A stretch of 64,000 bases of DNA, taken from Eledone cirrhosa (lineage: Eukaryota). The notes beneath the pieces are model-generated. The model saw only the letters and a program-made list of their open reading frames with translations, had not been told where the DNA came from and did no database searches. The first letter of the stretch is position 1. The number at the start of each line of letters is the position of its first letter. Below, in pieces: positions 59,421 through 64,000 of this stretch. The translations under genes and the position numbers were made by a program. The stretch spans positions 130,634,001 to 130,698,000 of the forward strand of contig OZ024745.1 of assembly GCA_964016885.1 (NCBI GenBank), given 5' to 3'.

Positions 59421-60270
59421 TTTTTACCGGTTGCGCATTTCTAATGCTTTTCAAAAATAATTTTGAGATAGAGCGCTCGTGATGTTTGCATATATATATA
59501 TATAGGAGGTAAATAAATAGATCGGTGCGAGGGTTCCAATACGAAAGAGGGAAGGGAAGGGTAAAATAAGAAACAAAACAAGAAACAGTGAGGGGGACAG
59601 GGTGATAAAGTCAGCTGTGGAATAAAAGCTGGGTGTTAAATTATAAAGAAATAAATCGAACAATCACATGATAGACACAAAGAAATAAATGAGGCTGACA
59701 GAGTAAGAGTAAAAGGGAGTTTGAATAGATTTTATAGACAGAATCAATAAATAAGAATAAAAATAAAAATAAAAATAAAATAAAGTAGAACAAGGCGAAG
59801 GTCGGGGGTGGAGGTGTTAAGACACAAAGTAAATCGCAAACAATCTATTTTAGAAGTCTAACTGGAGGCCAAATGCTATTATTACATGTCAGTGATTGTC
59901 TCCAGAAATATACGCTCTCTGTCATGTTTCATTGGAATTGGCACGTGACGGTAGATGGAATTCTTAAGCAAACCCACTTTTCTTTACTCGTTCCCATAAA
60001 CACGACCACCACCCACCAAACTTCATCACCGCCCACACACCACCAACAACTACATACCATCACCACCCACACACCACCACCTGCTACACACCATCACCTC
60101 CCACACACCACCACCATCGACACTCGCTGTATCACAAACATAAAATAAAAAAAGGCCAAGAGTAACAACGAGAAATTCAATAACATTGCCATAAGATTAC
60201 AACAACTGCAATTACAACAACAATAATCAGCAAAAATAACATAACTTCGTAGTTCCAATAATACTTCCAT

Positions 60271-60645
60271 GGTTTGGCAGTATCGGTAGAGCGTCAGACA
60301 CCATGTTTTGCAGCATAGTTATGGCCCTTTGCGTTCTGAGTTCAAATCCGCCGAGGTTAACTTTGCATTTCATCCTTACGAGGTCGATGAAATAGAGTAC
60401 CAGTAATGCACTGGGGTAATCGCTGGCCTTGTGCGAAAAGTAGAAACTCATAGGGCGGTGGATTGGCAGTATCGGTAGAGGTTCAAATGTCATGCTTTGC
60501 ATCAAAGAGTTACGGCCCTTTATGGTCTGAGTTCAAATCCCGCTGAGGTTAACTTTGCCTTTCATCCTTACGGGGTCGATAAAATAAAGTATCAGTAATG
60601 CACTGGGGTAATTGCTGGCCTTGTGCCAAAAGTAGAAACAATTAT
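60271..60645 (+). mobile_element. Two tandem SINE-M copies
   Basis: About 60271-60447 and 60454-60645. Confidence 0.85.
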
Positions 60646-60909
60646 TTTCTCTTCTCTTACATTTTGTCTATCTAGCAAATAAGATGTTAAAGAGTTGCTT
60701 GCCTTGCTTAATGTAGCAGGGAAAAATACATCATACAAAGATAAAGAATTTGACCTGTTTCGAAGTATCTTCCAGATATATATTTATACATAAATACATA
60801 CATACATGTATACATGGATACATACATACATACATACATACATACATACATACATACATACATACATACATACATACATACATACATACATACATACATA
60901 CATACATAC

Positions 60910-60992
60910 AACGCCTTCTCGATTCTGTCAGCCGGGGCTGTGAGTGAGCCCCACCGCCAACAGTTGTAGTTGCTGTATACAGATATTAACTC
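60910..60992 (-). mobile_element. Probable retroelement 3' tip with hairpin and (TATG)n tail
   Basis: Minus strand GGGGCT-CACTCAC-AGCCCC hairpin about 25 nt before a pure (TATG)n tract. Confidence 0.45.
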
Positions 60993-61379
60993 ATCAATTA
61001 CAAACATATGTACATACACATACATCCATCCTTTTTTGTAAATAGGTGTTTTGCTGTCATACATGCATATATACATGAATATATACATGCTTTCATGGAT
61101 GTGTACATACATACATACATGTATACATATATATACTTAAATAAATAAATACATGCATATATATACATGCATAAATACATATATACGTGCATACATAGTT
61201 GAATGCATGATTACATATATACATGCATACATACATGGATGCATGTATACATAAATACATACATGTATACATATATACATGCTTGTATACACACATAGAT
61301 GCATGGATACTTACATGCATACATAAATGCATACACACATACATGCATACATACATAAATAAATATATACATACATATA

Positions 61380-61928
61380 TGGTGGCTGCCAACTCGTTTT
61401 CGAGTACGGCCACTACTTTATATCTATGTAAGGGAACCCCTACCGATGCGCTGAACAAGTGTGACTTTTTAGTCCAGCCAACGACTTGAAAACTCTGGTA
61501 CAAACACTACACCTGTGACAATTATTGACACATAGTACTGGGCCCATGGTACCATGTGACGACAAGTTCAGAGGGAGCTCCAGATATAAAGCAATGCCTG
61601 TACCGTGAAGCTTTTATAGTGATCAAAGGCACTGCACAAAGCCAGTCCCACTCTCTTAACCAAGATGATATTTACCAAAAAGAAGAACAAGTCAACATCA
61701 TTGGATACCATCAAGGTTGCAGGTGTTATATCAGAGTTTTCCTTCTAGAATTCTGCCTTGACAAAGGCTAAGGGGTCATCTCTCCCGGTGATTTTGGATG
61801 GCCATTGACTCTTAAGAGCTCCTTTGACCTTTGACAGGTTTTGTTTTTAGTCCTGCAGGATGTCCAAAGTCACCCTCCTCACCAAGAAACCTTGGTGGGG
61901 TTGCCAGTTTAGTCGCCAACGACTAAAC
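61380..61928 (-). mobile_element. Non-autonomous RTE-associated element, copy 2
   Basis: Near-identical to 6733-7290. Confidence 0.78.
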
Positions 61929-62095
61929 TGTATGTATGTACGTATACATGCATGTAAACGTACATACATACAAACACATATACATACATACGTACATACA
62001 TACCTACATACTGATGCATATATACACACATATATACATGCAATCACATACGAACATACATACATAAACACCTACATACATACACACATACATAC

Positions 62096-63010
62096 ATGAT
62101 GGCTGCAAACTCGTATTTGAGCATTTCCATCACCCGATGAAATCTTTTAAAATGTAAGGCACGAATGTGGCTCTTTAAACCAGCCCAAAACTTGCACCCT
62201 CTGACACACACATGGCAACTGCAGGCTCTTCTGGGACTTTCCATTACTTTTTCAGACTGTGTTCTCATGTGTCTTTTAAGACCTCCCATGCTAGCACATT
62301 CCTTGCCACATTCCTTACACCTTTTCAGATCATAACCTCCATGTGGTCTACTGATATGACTTTGTTCGTGCCTAGTCAAACCAGCTTTACTCAGGCAGAC
62401 TCGATCACAGTGCTGGCAAACCAGATGTCGCTCAAAAGTAGGCAGTTCAGAACAGTCCCTTTTTCTCACCTTCCTTTTCAGTGTTTGGTGCTCTCTTTGA
62501 CGAGTTTCAAAGTGTTCACTACCTGACTTGATCAAACGTCTTCTCTTCACACGCTCCTCAGCCATTTTGTCCCATTCATCAGATGAATTCCAGCACAAGC
62601 CAAGGTGCCCCTGACACAGTCCCGGTACCGCATTTTTGGTTTGTGTGGTAGCCGCCTTCCTTCACACAGTTCACCGCTGCCGAAAGATTATGCTGTCTAT
62701 AGTCATGCTCCTGAACCGTTTAGGAACTTCCAGATCTCTGATGAACATTTTCCATCGCACCCCAAGTATCTTATGAAGAGATCGTTGGTCCTCTCCAGTT
62801 CCTTGAGGTGCTTTCTGAAAGGTATTTTTTGTCACTCTGTCGTTAGTAAAATACGTTTTATTAAGGTCAGCTTATATCTGTATAAGGTTATAAGGCCAAA
62901 CATTTATGACAGAAGGGACTATTCCGTTAATCGCTTTCATGGCATCCTTGTTGCATATTCTATAAAATCTGAAAGAATAGCTTGCAAAGTCCACCTCTCA
63001 TAACTGAGAA
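62096..63010 (-). mobile_element. Decayed RTE (BovB-like) LINE 3' part with C-terminal C2H2 zinc fingers
   Basis: Minus translations RKHLKELER, GELCEGRRLPHKPKMRYRDCVRGTL, then CQHCDRVCLSKAGLTRHEQSH, CKECGKECASMGGLKRHMRT, CHVCVRGCKFWAGLKSHIRALH; (TATG)n tail. Confidence 0.82.
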
Positions 63011-63744
63011 CATAAAAGAGAGAAACAATGTATTGATAATTCTTTAGTTTAGCAATCTACTCTTTATTTCATTCTATTGACCTCAATGCCCTAATAATAA
63101 TTAGGATTATAACACCTATGATGATGATGATGGTGATGATGGTGATGGTGGTGGTGGTTATTATTATTATTATTATTCTTTTATATCGGTATAGAGAGGA
63201 GGATAAAAGGAAATTTCGGTTTTTATAGTTTTTCTTACGATTATATAAACGTAAGTGAAGTGGCATTCCCAATTAGGAATAGAAATATGAATAATTCCCA
63301 ATTATGACAAGTAATTTGGTCCGCCAAAATCTTTTATTCGCAAGAAGTCACACAGAATGCACCAATAATTAGTTTTCAATTGGGCAACAAGCCAAATGGT
63401 TTTGAGAGATGTATAAAGAAAGCAATGGTTTCAATTCAGTATGTGTGGAATCAAGCGTACAGATGGTCAAGGAGTTAGGGCACCAGATAACCTAGCGAAT
63501 AGTTGGTAGTTCGTATTTTGTCACTGTCAGTAAACGTAGCTGTCAACCTTCGTCTTCATAATTAACAAATACTTCATATTAGCAGCAACTGCTGTGGAAA
63601 TAACCAATGATCTGGTAGCTTCGAAGAAAACTTGACAAACGCTAATATGCAGAGAAGGAGAAAGATATACAGGCAAAATGGGGAGAATAAGCAAAGAAAG
63701 AGAAACCATTATTACATGCTAAATAAGAGTGGTTGATTGGAAGT

Positions 63745-64000
63745 ACATTCTGAATTCAAATCCCGCCGAGGTTAGCTTTGCCGTTCATCCTTACGAGGTC
63801 GATAAAATAAAGTACCAGTAATGCACTGTGGTAGATTTAATCGACTGTCCCCCTAAAATAGTTGGTCTTCTGCCTAAATCAGAAATCGTGAATTGCCAGT
63901 ATCGGTAGAGGGCCGGACGCAATGCGTTGCAGCATCGATTTGCGCCCCTTTACGGTCTGAGTTCAAATCCCGCCGAGCTAAACTTTGCCTTTCATCCTTA
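63745..64000 (+). mobile_element. Two tandem SINE-M copies (second cut by window end)
   Basis: About 63745-63885 (long-tail variant) and 63890-64000. Confidence 0.82.

Noticed and set aside
62044-62598. C2H2 zinc-finger host gene
   Set aside because: Continuous with decayed RTE ORF sequence and ends in a retroelement tail

Overview
This is AT-rich, microsatellite-saturated eukaryotic non-coding DNA. The repeat content (tRNA-derived CORE-type and Meta-like SINEs, RTE and R4/Dong LINEs, huge (TA)n/(TG)n tracts) suggests a cephalopod, probably an octopus; that assignment is inference. No host protein-coding gene can be supported, and almost all ORFs in the track are microsatellite read-through. 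Recognisable content: one decayed 5'-truncated R4/Dong-like retrotransposon (RT, CCHC finger, restriction-like endonuclease) inserted in (TACA)n; several RTE fragments; a ~550-bp non-coding element sharing its 3' end with an RTE; about 20 SINE copies; hAT and Tc1/mariner MITEs; and a telomere-like tract. The most striking signal is a set of at least five unrelated short non-coding element families that sit in or beside (TA)n tracts. They carry minimal type-I hammerhead ribozyme motifs (six with complete cores, several partial) and repeatedly form tandem or inverted (fold-back) structures, twice folding back exactly inside ribozyme stem II. These look like Penelope-like pseudo-LTR or retrozyme-type elements. 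All coordinates were read by eye and may be off by a few bases.
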